Shown piece after piece: positions 1 through 9,054 of a stretch of DNA of 64,000 bases. The notes under the pieces were generated by a model. It was not told the origin of the DNA and did not search any database. It saw nothing but the letters and a program-made list of their open reading frames with translations. How positions within the stretch are numbered: position 1 is the stretch's first letter; every line of letters starts with the position of its first letter. Source of the DNA: an uncultured Syntrophaceae bacterium (GTDB lineage: Bacteria; Desulfobacterota; Syntrophia; Syntrophales; UBA5619). The stretch spans positions 610 through 64,609 of the forward strand of contig CAYSSF010000001.1 in the NCBI GenBank assembly GCA_964433455.1. The letters run 5' to 3'. The translations under genes and the position numbers were made by a program.

Positions 1-56
1 ATGATGCCCCCCATTGCGGCGGCGAATTTCTGAAATCGGTCCGGAAAGGAGAAACC

Positions 57-692
57 ATGTCAACATTTGCCGAGGAATTTCTGCTTCTGGCGCTCAGCGA
101 TCCCAAAGGGGAGTTTGTCCGCGAGCCGCCCGATCGGTATGAAAACGCGCTGGCCGGCGCCATTCTGATGGACCTCGCCCTTCTCAACCGGATCGACACC
201 GACCTCGACCACCTGATCCTTGTCGATCCAACGCCAACGGGCGACCCCTTGCTGGACAGGGCCCTCACACTAATCCGCGAATATCCCGATTCCAAGAGCA
301 CCGCCTACTGGATTGAAGAGATCCGATACCGGATCGACGAATTCCGCGATGCGCTGATCAACCGGCTGATCGACCGCGGGATGCTCAAACGCGAGGAAAA
401 GAAGCTCCTGGGGCTCATCCCGCAGACGCGGTACGCCGTTTTGCTGGGTCCCGAGGAACGGGAGCTCCGGGAACGCCTCCGCACGACGATCCTCAGCGAC
501 GACATCCCCGATCCACGGGACATCCTGCTGATTTCGCTCCTGGTCTCCTGCAACCTCCTCGACCGTCTTTTCAGTCGTGCGGAAATCCAGGCGACCCGGG
601 AGCGGATCGACCAGATCGCACAGATGGATCTCATCGGCCAGGCGGTCTGCAAGACGATCCTCCGGGAGATCATCATCCCGATCAGCTATTAA
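57..692 (+). CDS. GPP34/GOLPH3-family protein
   Basis: 211-aa ORF. The N-terminal 'FAEEFLLLALSDPKG' and the helical pattern resemble bacterial GPP34 (GOLPH3/VPS74-like) proteins. Recognised by eye only. Confidence 0.55.
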   Translation: MSTFAEEFLLLALSDPKGEFVREPPDRYENALAGAILMDLALLNRIDTDLDHLILVDPTPTGDPLLDRALTLIREYPDSKSTAYWIEEIRYRIDEFRDALINRLIDRGMLKREEKKLLGLIPQTRYAVLLGPEERELRERLRTTILSDDIPDPRDILLISLLVSCNLLDRLFSRAEIQATRERIDQIAQMDLIGQAVCKTILREIIIPISY

Positions 693-735
693 GCGTTTAT
701 CCACGAAATGGTTCATCGCCGGAAGGAGGAAAGAG

Positions 736-1587
736 ATGGCACATAGCACAAAGGTTACGATCCCCTACCTGAGAGAAAAAAAGGCCCAGGGAAAGCCCAT
801 CACGATGCTGACCGCGTATGACTTCCCCTTCGCCGATATCGAGGAGGAGATCGGCATCGATATGATCCTGTGCGGCGATTCTCTCGGGATGACCGTTTAC
901 GGTTTTACCGGCACCACCGCGGTTACGATGGAGATGATGATCCCGCACGCGGCCGCGGTCAAACGCGCGGCGCCGTCCAGCTTCGTGGTCGGCGACATGC
1001 CGTTCATGTCCTACCAGGTTTCCAACGAAACGGCTGTTCTGAATGCCGGCCGCTTCCTCCAGGAAAGCGGCGTCGACGGCGTCAAGCTGGAAGGCGGCGA
1101 GGAGATGGCGGAGCGGGTCCGCGCGATCAGCCGCGCCGGGATCTCCGTCATGGGTCATATCGGCTTGACGCCCCAATCCGTATCCGCGCTGGGCGGCTTC
1201 AAGGCGAGGGGAAGAGACACGGCCGGCGCCCTCAAACTGATCAGCGACGCCGGAATCCTGGAAGAGTCCGGCGCGTTCAGCCTCCTTCTGGAGGCCATCC
1301 CGTCCGAGATCGGCCGGATCATCACCGAACGCGCCGGCATCCCCACAATCGGCATCGGAGCCGGACCCCACACGGACGGTCAAGTCCTGGTCGTCCATGA
1401 CGCGCTGGGCTTCTTTAAGGGCCATAAGGCAAAATTCGTGAAGCAGTACAGCCATTTGAGCGACATCATTCGAAATGCGCTGCTGGAATACAAGAAGGAT
1501 GTCGAAAACGGAAGCTATCCGGCAACGGAACATGGTTACGGAATCGACCCCGACGTGCTTGAAGAAATCAAAAACCAACTGAAATAA
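736..1587 (+). CDS. panB: 3-methyl-2-oxobutanoate hydroxymethyltransferase
   Basis: In-frame ATG 736 (MAHSTKVTIPYLREKK) within ORF 577..1587, preceded by GGAAGGAGG. Motifs LTAYD, CGDSLGMT, VKLEGG and GHIGLTPQ. Confidence 0.93.
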   Translation: MAHSTKVTIPYLREKKAQGKPITMLTAYDFPFADIEEEIGIDMILCGDSLGMTVYGFTGTTAVTMEMMIPHAAAVKRAAPSSFVVGDMPFMSYQVSNETAVLNAGRFLQESGVDGVKLEGGEEMAERVRAISRAGISVMGHIGLTPQSVSALGGFKARGRDTAGALKLISDAGILEESGAFSLLLEAIPSEIGRIITERAGIPTIGIGAGPHTDGQVLVVHDALGFFKGHKAKFVKQYSHLSDIIRNALLEYKKDVENGSYPATEHGYGIDPDVLEEIKNQLK

Positions 1588-1630
1588 GTCTCTTCCAGGC
1601 CAACGGCAAGGGATTGAAATGGGAGTGTCC

Positions 1631-2617
1631 ATGAAGAGAGTTCTCATGTTCGGATTCGCGGTTCTGACGGCATGCGCCTGGCCGGGAACGGCGCCGGCGG
1701 AATACCAGGCCACGCTGAAGCTCGCATGCACCCAGAACATGGATCATCCCTACATGGTCGGGGCGAAAAAGTTTGCCGACCTGATCCGGGAAAGAACCCG
1801 GGGACGCATCGCGGTCAAGCTGTATCCGAGCAACCAGTTGGGCAAGGGCGAACGTGAAATGACCGAGGGGATCCAGCAGGGCGCCATCGATTTGCTGGTC
1901 ACCTCCACCGGCCCCCTGGGCGGTTTCAGCCCGTCCATCAACATCCTTGATTTCCCTTTTCTTTTCAGAGATTTCCACCATGTCGACCTGGTTCTGGACG
2001 GGGGGGTCGGTCAAAAACTGCTCGGCGACTTTGAAAAGGCCAACATCAAGGCGCTCGCCTTCTGGGAAAACGGATTTCGCAACCTCACCAACTCCCGAGG
2101 GCCGGTCAGGAATGTGGCGGATGGCAAGGGACTCAAAATCCGGACCATGGAAAACAAGGTCCATCTAACAGCCTGGAAGGCCGCCGGTTTCAACCCCACG
2201 CCCATGTCGTGGGGGGAGGTGTTCACGGCGCTGCAACAGGGGGTCATCGACGGCCAGGAAAACCCGATTGCGGTCTTTTACAGCAACAAGCTGTGGGAGG
2301 CCGGCCAGAAGTATTTCTCGCTCACCAACCATGTCTATTCTCCTGCACCGTTCCTGATGAGCAAGAAGACCTTCGACGCGATGCCCGACGTGGACCGCCA
2401 ACTCTTCGTGAAGACCGGCCAGGAAGTGGCCAGGTTCCAGCGCAAGATCAACCGGGATGCCGAGGAGGCGAAGCTCGGGGAAATAGCCGGCAGCGGGGTC
2501 ACGGTGACGCGCGACGTGGACCGCGAAAGCTTCAGGAAGGCCATGGCGCCGGTCTACAGCGCGTTCAGCGCCCAGTTCAGCAAGGCCGAGATCGAAACCA
2601 TCATGAATGCGAAGTAA
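1631..2617 (+). CDS. dctP: TRAP transporter substrate-binding protein (DctP family)
   Basis: Signal peptide MKRVLMFGFAVLTACAWPGTAPA. Motifs FWENGFRNLTN and ENPIAVFYSNKLWE. ATG 1619 is an alternative start. Confidence 0.9.
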   Translation: MKRVLMFGFAVLTACAWPGTAPAEYQATLKLACTQNMDHPYMVGAKKFADLIRERTRGRIAVKLYPSNQLGKGEREMTEGIQQGAIDLLVTSTGPLGGFSPSINILDFPFLFRDFHHVDLVLDGGVGQKLLGDFEKANIKALAFWENGFRNLTNSRGPVRNVADGKGLKIRTMENKVHLTAWKAAGFNPTPMSWGEVFTALQQGVIDGQENPIAVFYSNKLWEAGQKYFSLTNHVYSPAPFLMSKKTFDAMPDVDRQLFVKTGQEVARFQRKINRDAEEAKLGEIAGSGVTVTRDVDRESFRKAMAPVYSAFSAQFSKAEIETIMNAK

Positions 2618-2688
2618 TCACGCATAGGGCGCCCTTTATGCATGTTATTCAAAAGGGCGCCCTTTCTCATCGTCCGGGGCGCGGCATC

Positions 2689-3180
2689 ATGCGCATACTG
2701 CAACGGTTCAACGAATTTCTGGTCGCGGCGGGAAGCTGGGGGACGATCCTGTTCATGGCCGTCATCGCCGTCGTGATCCCCTATGAGGTGATCGGACGCT
2801 ACCTGTTCCAGAAGATGACCATCTGGTCCGGCGAAGTTTCGACCTATTCCCTCGTCTGGGCCTCGATGCTGGGCGGCGCGGCGGGGTTGAAAAAGGGGTA
2901 CATGATCCGCTTGACTTCGGTGGTGGAATCGGTTCCGCCGGCCGTGGCCGGGGCGCTGAAGCTCACGAGCTACCTCTGCGCGCTCTTTTTCTTCGGCGCG
3001 ATGTTCGGTTACGGTCTCTTCCAGACCCTCTATAACGTGAAACAGACCTCGCCGGCTATCGGCCTGGTGATGAGTTTCCCCTACGCGGCGCTTCCGACCG
3101 GTTTCTTCATCATGTTCTTTCTGACGCTGGAAGAGCTCCTGGTTTTCCTCGGCATGGGTCGCAAAGGAGAGGGCCGATGA
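2689..3180 (+). CDS. dctQ: TRAP transporter small permease (DctQ family)
   Basis: In-frame ATG 2689 within ORF 2209..3180. 163 aa with about 4 hydrophobic helices. Lies between dctP and dctM, and its stop overlaps the dctM start. Confidence 0.85.
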   Translation: MRILQRFNEFLVAAGSWGTILFMAVIAVVIPYEVIGRYLFQKMTIWSGEVSTYSLVWASMLGGAAGLKKGYMIRLTSVVESVPPAVAGALKLTSYLCALFFFGAMFGYGLFQTLYNVKQTSPAIGLVMSFPYAALPTGFFIMFFLTLEELLVFLGMGRKGEGR

Positions 3181-4454
3181 TCGTCTTCGCGACCACCTTT
3201 GTCGGACTGCTGTGCCTCTCCGCCCCTATTATTGTGGCTCTCGGCGGCTGCTCTCTCGCCTATGCCCTCTTCAGCGGAAACATGCCGGTCACCACGCTGA
3301 TTCAAACCATCTTCGGCGGTCTGGCCACCTTTCCGCTGCTCGCCATCCCATTGTTCATGCTGGCCGGAAATCTGATGAACGAGGGGGGGATCACAGAGGA
3401 GCTGATCCGCTTCGCCCGTCTGCTGCTGGGCCACATCCGGGGAGGACTGGGCCACGCGACGATTCTTGCCTGCGCGATCTTTGCGGCGATCACCGGGGCG
3501 GCGGTGGCAACCGCCGTGGCCATCGGCATGGTGATGATCCCGGCGATGAAGAAGGCCGGATATGACGAGGAAGTGGCCGGCGCGCTGACCTGCACGGCCG
3601 CCTGCATGGGGCCCGTCATCCCGCCCAGCATCCCGTTCATCATCTATGGCGTCACGGCCAACGTGTCGATCGGCGCGTTGTTTCTGGGCGGCGTCCTCCC
3701 CGGCCTCCTGTTGGGCGCCGCGCTGATGATCTATATTTACTTTCTTGCGGCCCGACGCAAATATCCCCGCGACGCGAAGGCGCCCATCAGGGAACTCCTC
3801 ATCGCCGCATCGAAGGCGGTTCCGGCGCTGTTCATGCCGGTGCTGATCCTGGGCGGCATCCTGGGCGGCATCTTCACCCCCACCGAAGCGGCAGGCGTCG
3901 CGGTGGTCTACGCGTTGATCGTGGGGATGATCATCAACCGGAAGCTGGGTTTCAACGACCTTCCGAAGGTCTTTCTAAGGGCCGGGCTGGAATCGGGGAT
4001 GGTGATGATGCTGATCGCGATGTCGGAGCCGTTTGCGTGGATCATCGCGGTGGACCAGATCCCCCAGCTTCTGATCGACTGGATCTCCTCACTGACGGCA
4101 TCGCCCTGGCTGATCCTGCTGTTCATCAACCTCTTCCTGCTCCTCCTCGGGATCCCGCTGGAGACCGCCCCCGCGTTGGTCATCGTGACGCCCGTGCTGG
4201 CGCCCATTGCCGTCCATCTGGGGATCGACCCGGTGCACATGGGGATCGTCATCTGCCTGAATCTGGTTCTGGGATTGATCACGCCGCCGGTGGGCGCGGT
4301 GCTCTTTGCGGTCTGCGGCGTCACCGGAATGTCCCTCGACCGCCTCAGCCGGGCGATCTGGCCCCCCTTTCTGGTCTCACTGGCGGTCCTGGCCGTGGTC
4401 ACCTATATCCCCTGGCTGAGCACCTGTCTGCCCAGGCTTTTCCTGGGCCGCTAA
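3177..4454 (+). CDS. dctM: TRAP transporter large permease (DctM family)
   Basis: 425-aa polytopic membrane protein with 'LAIPLFMLAGNLMNEGGIT' and 'TPPVGAVLF'. Confidence 0.93.
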   Translation: MIVFATTFVGLLCLSAPIIVALGGCSLAYALFSGNMPVTTLIQTIFGGLATFPLLAIPLFMLAGNLMNEGGITEELIRFARLLLGHIRGGLGHATILACAIFAAITGAAVATAVAIGMVMIPAMKKAGYDEEVAGALTCTAACMGPVIPPSIPFIIYGVTANVSIGALFLGGVLPGLLLGAALMIYIYFLAARRKYPRDAKAPIRELLIAASKAVPALFMPVLILGGILGGIFTPTEAAGVAVVYALIVGMIINRKLGFNDLPKVFLRAGLESGMVMMLIAMSEPFAWIIAVDQIPQLLIDWISSLTASPWLILLFINLFLLLLGIPLETAPALVIVTPVLAPIAVHLGIDPVHMGIVICLNLVLGLITPPVGAVLFAVCGVTGMSLDRLSRAIWPPFLVSLAVLAVVTYIPWLSTCLPRLFLGR

Positions 4455-4483
4455 GGAAGAGCCTGACCGGAAGACTTCGCGTC

Positions 4484-5257
4484 CTATCTGGCGTGGAATG
4501 TCTTGTTGTGACGGCGCAACCGTTCCACTATTTTTTCCACGGAGGAAACGGTGAGAAGCCTTTTCTCCACGAAGTACCTGCCAATGCGGGGCTGCATCAG
4601 GCGCTGCCACCCCAGAATCAAACGGAGCTCATCCGGCGTCAGATAGCCGCCGCGCAATGCAACCTCTCCGAACTTTTCCCCCCACCGGCGCTGCTTCAGG
4701 ATTTCCCGGAGATCGGCTTCATACAGCCATCCCCATCGCAGGGCGATATTGCCGACCAGCGGACGCCGGACCTTCTGCCAAAGAATGGCATCGATCAATT
4801 GCCGATATGAAATATAACCGGAATAATGCACGAATTGCCCAAACAGAAGCACCCGTTTGGGCAGCGTCCCCATGAAAAAATCGCGCCGGACATCTTCCGG
4901 CGACGCACCGGTCCGTTTTGTCTGCGTTCCGGCCCAGGTGCGCATCCGCTCTGAAGGTGGATACGGTCTTTTCCGGAAAGAATCGTCGATCAACCTGAAC
5001 CGCCAGGGGTTCTCAAGATAATCCTGTAACTCCCGATAGGCGGCATTGACCTCCTTGAACCGCTCTTCCAGATCGGCGGGCAGACGGGCAAGGGCAACCG
5101 CCCGGTCCGGGTGGGTCTCGAGGGCCCTTTCCCGATACGCCGCCTTGAGCCCCGGCATCCGGAGATAGCGGAGAAAATCGGCCGAAACGTCGATTCCCGA
5201 TCCGAAGAGGACGTGACAGGCATGATACAGTTGCGAAGAGTTGATTTCCGTTTCCAT
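4484..5257 (-). CDS. J-domain protein with four C-terminal MshEN/T2SSE_N-like 24-residue repeats
   Basis: J-domain 'LKAAYRERALETHPDR...FKEVNAAYRELQDYL' with HPD motif. The C-terminus carries repeats of the type xxGxxxxxxGxxxxxxLxxxLxxQ. ATG 5257 has an AGGA upstream; TTG 5293 is an alternative start. Confidence 0.75.
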   Translation of the reverse strand: METEINSSQLYHACHVLFGSGIDVSADFLRYLRMPGLKAAYRERALETHPDRAVALARLPADLEERFKEVNAAYRELQDYLENPWRFRLIDDSFRKRPYPPSERMRTWAGTQTKRTGASPEDVRRDFFMGTLPKRVLLFGQFVHYSGYISYRQLIDAILWQKVRRPLVGNIALRWGWLYEADLREILKQRRWGEKFGEVALRGGYLTPDELRLILGWQRLMQPRIGRYFVEKRLLTVSSVEKIVERLRRHNKTFHAR

Positions 5258-5371
5258 CCGTCCTGCTTTCAAGACTGTTCCGACTTTTGGCAAGTCCCGC
5301 CTGGTTGATGCAAATTATATGCGACACAGGCAAAAAAAGCGATAACAGAAAACGGAACCCCCCCTTTCGGT

Positions 5372-7096
5372 CTAACCCTCCAGAACCTCCCGCACTTTCT
5401 GTGAGAGGTCGGCGATTTTGAAGGGTTTCTGGATGAAGCCGTTGCAGCCTTTCTCCATGATCCTCCGCGCTTCGCCGTCAACACTGTACCCACTGGAAAG
5501 GATCACCTTGAGGTCGGGATCGATGTCCCGCAGGGCTTCGAAGGTTTTTCCCCCTCCCATCCCCGGCATGATCAGGTCCAGGATGACCAAGTCGATCTCG
5601 CGGCCCTTCTCCATGTAGAGCGCGATCGCCTCCTGCCCGCATCCCGCAATCATGACCCGATAACCCAGACTTTCCAGAATTTCCTTGGTCACGGCGATGT
5701 TGTTCTTCTCATCATCCACGAGCAGGATCGTCTCCCGGCCCGACAGGATCTTCTGCTCTCCTGTCGCCTCCCGGAACGCCATCGTTTTGCTCGACGCAGG
5801 AAGATAGATGTCGAACCTCGCCCCCATCCCCGGCTCGCTTTCCACCGTGATGAAACCGCCATGGTTTTCTATGATGCCGTAAACGGAGGCCAAACCCATG
5901 CCTGTCCCATGTCCGGTTTTTTTCGTCGTGAAAAAGGGTTCGAAGATGCGTTCCTTCGTTCTCGCGTCCATTCCTATCCCCGTATCCGTCACGGAAATCT
6001 TCACATATCCCCCCGGTTGCAGCCCACGGGGTTTGACCGCCGGTTCGTCAAGCGCCACATTCCGTGTCGCCAGGGACAAATCTCCGCCCTCGGGCATCGC
6101 CTGCCAGGCGTTGATATAGAGATTCAAAAGGACCTGCTCGATCTGTCCCTGATCCGCCTCAACCAACCACAGTCCGTTCTCGAATTCATGATAAACCGAG
6201 AGTTCCTTGTGTGTGCAGATGAATATGTCGAAACTCTTTTCGATGACATGGTTGAGGTTTGTCGGTTTGACCTCGTATTTTCCCCCCCGTCCGAATCCCA
6301 GCAGTTGTCTGGTCAGGCGGGCCCCGCTGCCGACCTGTTCCTCGATCTTCTGAAGCCGGACATGATGGGGATGATCCGGCGGCAGATCCATCTGCATCAG
6401 GGAAGTGTACCCCTGGATGCCAGCAAGAATATTGTTGAAATCATGGGCAATCCCCCCGGCAAGCGTACCGATCGCCTCCATTTTCTGGCTCTGCAGGAGT
6501 TGGTCCTGGATCAGTTTCCGTTCGCACTCCAGATGTCTGCGCTCCGCCAAATTCCGCTCCATCTGATTGTAGAGCAGCGCGTTGTCAAGGGCGATCGATG
6601 CGAGTTCCGCCAGCCGTTCGAGCATGGCCAACTCGTCTTTTTCAAACGGCCGCCCGAACCGATAATGGGCCAGGCCGAGAATTCCTGCCACGCGGTTTCC
6701 GGATTTCAGCGGGACGGCCGCCGTGGAATGGCGCATGGCGTAATGATCGATGTTCGCCCGCCCGGACCAGTTGCTGTAGTCCTCGATATAAACCGTGCCG
6801 CCCGTGCGCCAAACCTCTCCGGAGATTCCTCGGGAGGTCTCGAAACGCGATCCGACCATATCGGCGATCCGGCCGATCGCCGCCTTGAATTCCATATCGT
6901 CCGTCAGGGGGTCATAAACGTTGACCCACCCTTCATCGGCGCCGAACAGGTGGGTCGCCCGTACGACAATGGCTTGAAACAGCTCCCCCAGGTCCATGCG
7001 CCGCATCAGGTCCAGGGTGGTTTCATGGAACGCTTCGAGGTACGAATTCTGACGCCGCAAGGCTTCCTCGGTTTTTCTGCGCTCGTTATCCTGCAA
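5372..7096 (-). CDS. Hybrid sensor histidine kinase (GAF-HisKA-HATPase-REC)
   Basis: 574 aa. N-terminal GAF-like region, H-box 'GIAHDFNNIL', 'TDTGIGM' and 'GTGMGLA' ATP-lid motifs, and a C-terminal receiver 'ILLVDDE...LDLIMPGMGG'. Confidence 0.9.
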   Translation of the reverse strand: MQDNERRKTEEALRRQNSYLEAFHETTLDLMRRMDLGELFQAIVVRATHLFGADEGWVNVYDPLTDDMEFKAAIGRIADMVGSRFETSRGISGEVWRTGGTVYIEDYSNWSGRANIDHYAMRHSTAAVPLKSGNRVAGILGLAHYRFGRPFEKDELAMLERLAELASIALDNALLYNQMERNLAERRHLECERKLIQDQLLQSQKMEAIGTLAGGIAHDFNNILAGIQGYTSLMQMDLPPDHPHHVRLQKIEEQVGSGARLTRQLLGFGRGGKYEVKPTNLNHVIEKSFDIFICTHKELSVYHEFENGLWLVEADQGQIEQVLLNLYINAWQAMPEGGDLSLATRNVALDEPAVKPRGLQPGGYVKISVTDTGIGMDARTKERIFEPFFTTKKTGHGTGMGLASVYGIIENHGGFITVESEPGMGARFDIYLPASSKTMAFREATGEQKILSGRETILLVDDEKNNIAVTKEILESLGYRVMIAGCGQEAIALYMEKGREIDLVILDLIMPGMGGGKTFEALRDIDPDLKVILSSGYSVDGEARRIMEKGCNGFIQKPFKIADLSQKVREVLEG

Positions 7097-7120
7097 AGAC
7101 TTCTCGCCTCCATAATACGC

Positions 7121-7486
7121 TCAATGATAATGACTGCTCACATACATCGCGATCCGTTCCCTGTCTTTCTCGGTGATTTCCATGAATTGGTTGCCGACTT
7201 CGTATTGGTAACCTGCTCCCGGTTTCGCCTTCTGTATCCAGGCAACCTCGGAAACGGCTTTAATCGGTTCCGGTGCGGCTGGTATATCCAGTTCCAGGAT
7301 CAGACGGCATGCGGTTGAGAAAAACTCGTTCGCCATAAAGCGCAAACCGCCCGTGCTTACATCACACGTGACAGAACCGGCGTCCACCGTCTCGGCCCCG
7401 TCTTGAAGTGCCTTGTACCGGATTGAAAAACTGGGTTTCACCCTTGGAGATTGTCTTTTTTCTGCATGGATCTTGGCTTCATTCAT
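7121..7486 (-). CDS. PilZ domain protein
   Basis: Canonical c-di-GMP motifs RQSPR (RxxxR) and DVSTGG (DxSxxG). ATG 7486 has AGGGGA 8 nt upstream. The longer start at 7645 has no RBS but cannot be excluded. Confidence 0.72.
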   Translation of the reverse strand: MNEAKIHAEKRQSPRVKPSFSIRYKALQDGAETVDAGSVTCDVSTGGLRFMANEFFSTACRLILELDIPAAPEPIKAVSEVAWIQKAKPGAGYQYEVGNQFMEITEKDRERIAMYVSSHYH

Positions 7487-7963
7487 CGTCTTGTCCCCTT
7501 TTTTTAAATGTGGTGAGAATAACCCGGTGAATGATGTTAGGGTTATCTCTTTCTTGAATCTTGCCGCAATTGCCCTATCCACGATTTGCGCTATCCGGAT
7601 CGGTTCTTGTTTAAGAAGTGAGACCAACTCCTTTTCAGTTCGCATCGGCAGGATCTGCGACGCCGAAAATCACGCCAACGCCTTCTCATTACTTTGGCAG
7701 GCAATATTGCAATAACAGAGCCAATGGGTCAGTTTTTTATAATATCGAGTTGTTTCAGATTGATATCTTGTTTTAATTTGGACGCTACGACGGAGAGAAT
7801 ATGACGGAATCATCATTTTCCGGGGAAATCATAAAAATGATGGTTTTTCCATAAAACGGAGAAGGGCGGGGATGGATTGGTCCGGATTTGGAATGTCGTT
7901 TGTCCGGAGAAAACTTGCGCCAGTCGTGCCGGTGAAGGAGCGATTATTCCCAAAGGTGGCTTT

Positions 7964-7979
7964 TGGCATATTTTTTGAT
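7964..7979 (+). promoter_or_regulatory. Sigma-54-like promoter, variant -12 (TGGCAT-N5-TTGAT)
   Basis: The GG-N10 spacing is correct, but the -12 element reads GA instead of GC. Lies 137 nt upstream of the CheX-like gene. Confidence 0.3.
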
Positions 7980-8115
7980 GTGACAGGTCCGTCCGGCTGG
8001 GATGATAGCGGGCTTTCGTGGCAGAGGAGCGGTCGTGGCGGGTGGCGACGAAAAGCAACCGCACCCGGCAGATCCCTTGGTGGAAGGAAAATGGAGCGAT
8101 GTTTCAGCAGATTCC

Positions 8116-8967
8116 ATGGATGTAAAATTCATTAATCCCTTTTTGCATGGTACGATCGAAGTCCTGAAAAAGATGGCTTTTGTCGAGCCTCGCCCCGGCA
8201 AGGTGTATCTCAAGAATACCTCTCTTGCCCATGGTGATGTCTCCGGCATCATAGGAATTACCGGCGACATGACGGGTTCCCTCGCCATCAGTTTCGGCGA
8301 GCGCTGCATTTGTCACCTTGTCGGTTCCATGCTCGGAGAGACTTATGTCAAGGCCAACCAGGATGTATTTGACGCGGTCGGTGAGATTACCAATATGATT
8401 TCCGGTGTGGCGCGGACCTATATGGAAAAGGAAGGCATGCAGGTCTATGCCGCGATCCCGTCCGTTGTCTATGGGGAAAACCACACGATCAACCATATCC
8501 TCAAGAGTCCGAGCATCGTGATTCCCTTTGTCACCGATCAGGGCTCTTTTGTGGTCGATGTCTGCATCAAGAGAAGCGGGGAAGAATCGAAATCGTTGAG
8601 GGAATATGGGGTCGTCAATCGCAAGACCCCGGTTCTTCCGGCAACACCCGGAAATCAAAACCCACTGCCGGAGAAGATTCCGGCGGCCACATGGGGGGGC
8701 AAGAAAGAGGTCCTGAAAAAGAAATTGCGAGAAATCACAGCCATCCGGGATGACATGATCAAGCAACTCAGCGAAAAACCCTTTATGGAGATGACTCAAA
8801 GAAAGTTGTTGAAAAAGCGTATCCCCATAGCGGAGGCGCAGATCAAGCGTTTGAGGCTGGACCTCTCGACCGCCGAGATGCTCTCCAATATTTCCACGGG
8901 CGATCTGGAGCATCCCAAGCTGGTCCGGCATTACCAGCACTATGGAGCGGAGAAACCAAAAACTTGA
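8116..8967 (+). CDS. CheX-like phosphatase domain with ~125-aa basic/coiled-coil C-terminal extension
   Basis: The N-terminus MDVKFINPFLHGTIEVLKKM aligns residue-for-residue with the cheX at 18023 (MNVQFINPFLEGTMDVLKTM). 'GEITNMISGVAR' is conserved. The start was chosen from that alignment. Confidence 0.8.
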   Translation: MDVKFINPFLHGTIEVLKKMAFVEPRPGKVYLKNTSLAHGDVSGIIGITGDMTGSLAISFGERCICHLVGSMLGETYVKANQDVFDAVGEITNMISGVARTYMEKEGMQVYAAIPSVVYGENHTINHILKSPSIVIPFVTDQGSFVVDVCIKRSGEESKSLREYGVVNRKTPVLPATPGNQNPLPEKIPAATWGGKKEVLKKKLREITAIRDDMIKQLSEKPFMEMTQRKLLKKRIPIAEAQIKRLRLDLSTAEMLSNISTGDLEHPKLVRHYQHYGAEKPKT

Positions 8968-9054
8968 AAATGGGTTCATTGCCCATCCATGCATCATTGT
9001 CATAAGCGTCAAAGTTTTACACAGAGAGTGCCATTTTATTGGCGAAGGCGAGGA

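Noticed and set aside
5861-7318. Long ORFs antisense to confidently called genes: 5861..7318, 8104..9384, 697..1740, 16429..17505, 19081..20259, 41932..43521, 47920..49089, 51877..52950, 44024..44878, 34924..35838.
   Set aside because: Each lies fully opposite a gene with unmistakable family motifs (kinase, CheX/RR, panB, cheA, fliH, flgI, fliA, flhA, flgA, fliD). Their translations are Arg/Gly/His/Pro-rich with no motifs. These are typical shadow ORFs in GC-rich DNA.
7694-7711. TGGCAG-gcaata-TTGCA, which looks like a sigma-54 promoter.
   Set aside because: GG and GC are separated by 11 nt rather than the required 10. The site is also ~400 nt from the nearest downstream start.
7980-8115. Possible c-di-GMP-I (GEMM) riboswitch in the CheX-like leader, noticed because of GACGAAAAGC resembling the conserved GACGCAAAGC.
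   Set aside because: The first hairpin signature (GGCAAACC...GNRA) and the 3' GGUAGGUAGCGGGGUUACC-like segment are absent. Only one short element matches. A cmscan against Rfam RF01051 would settle it.
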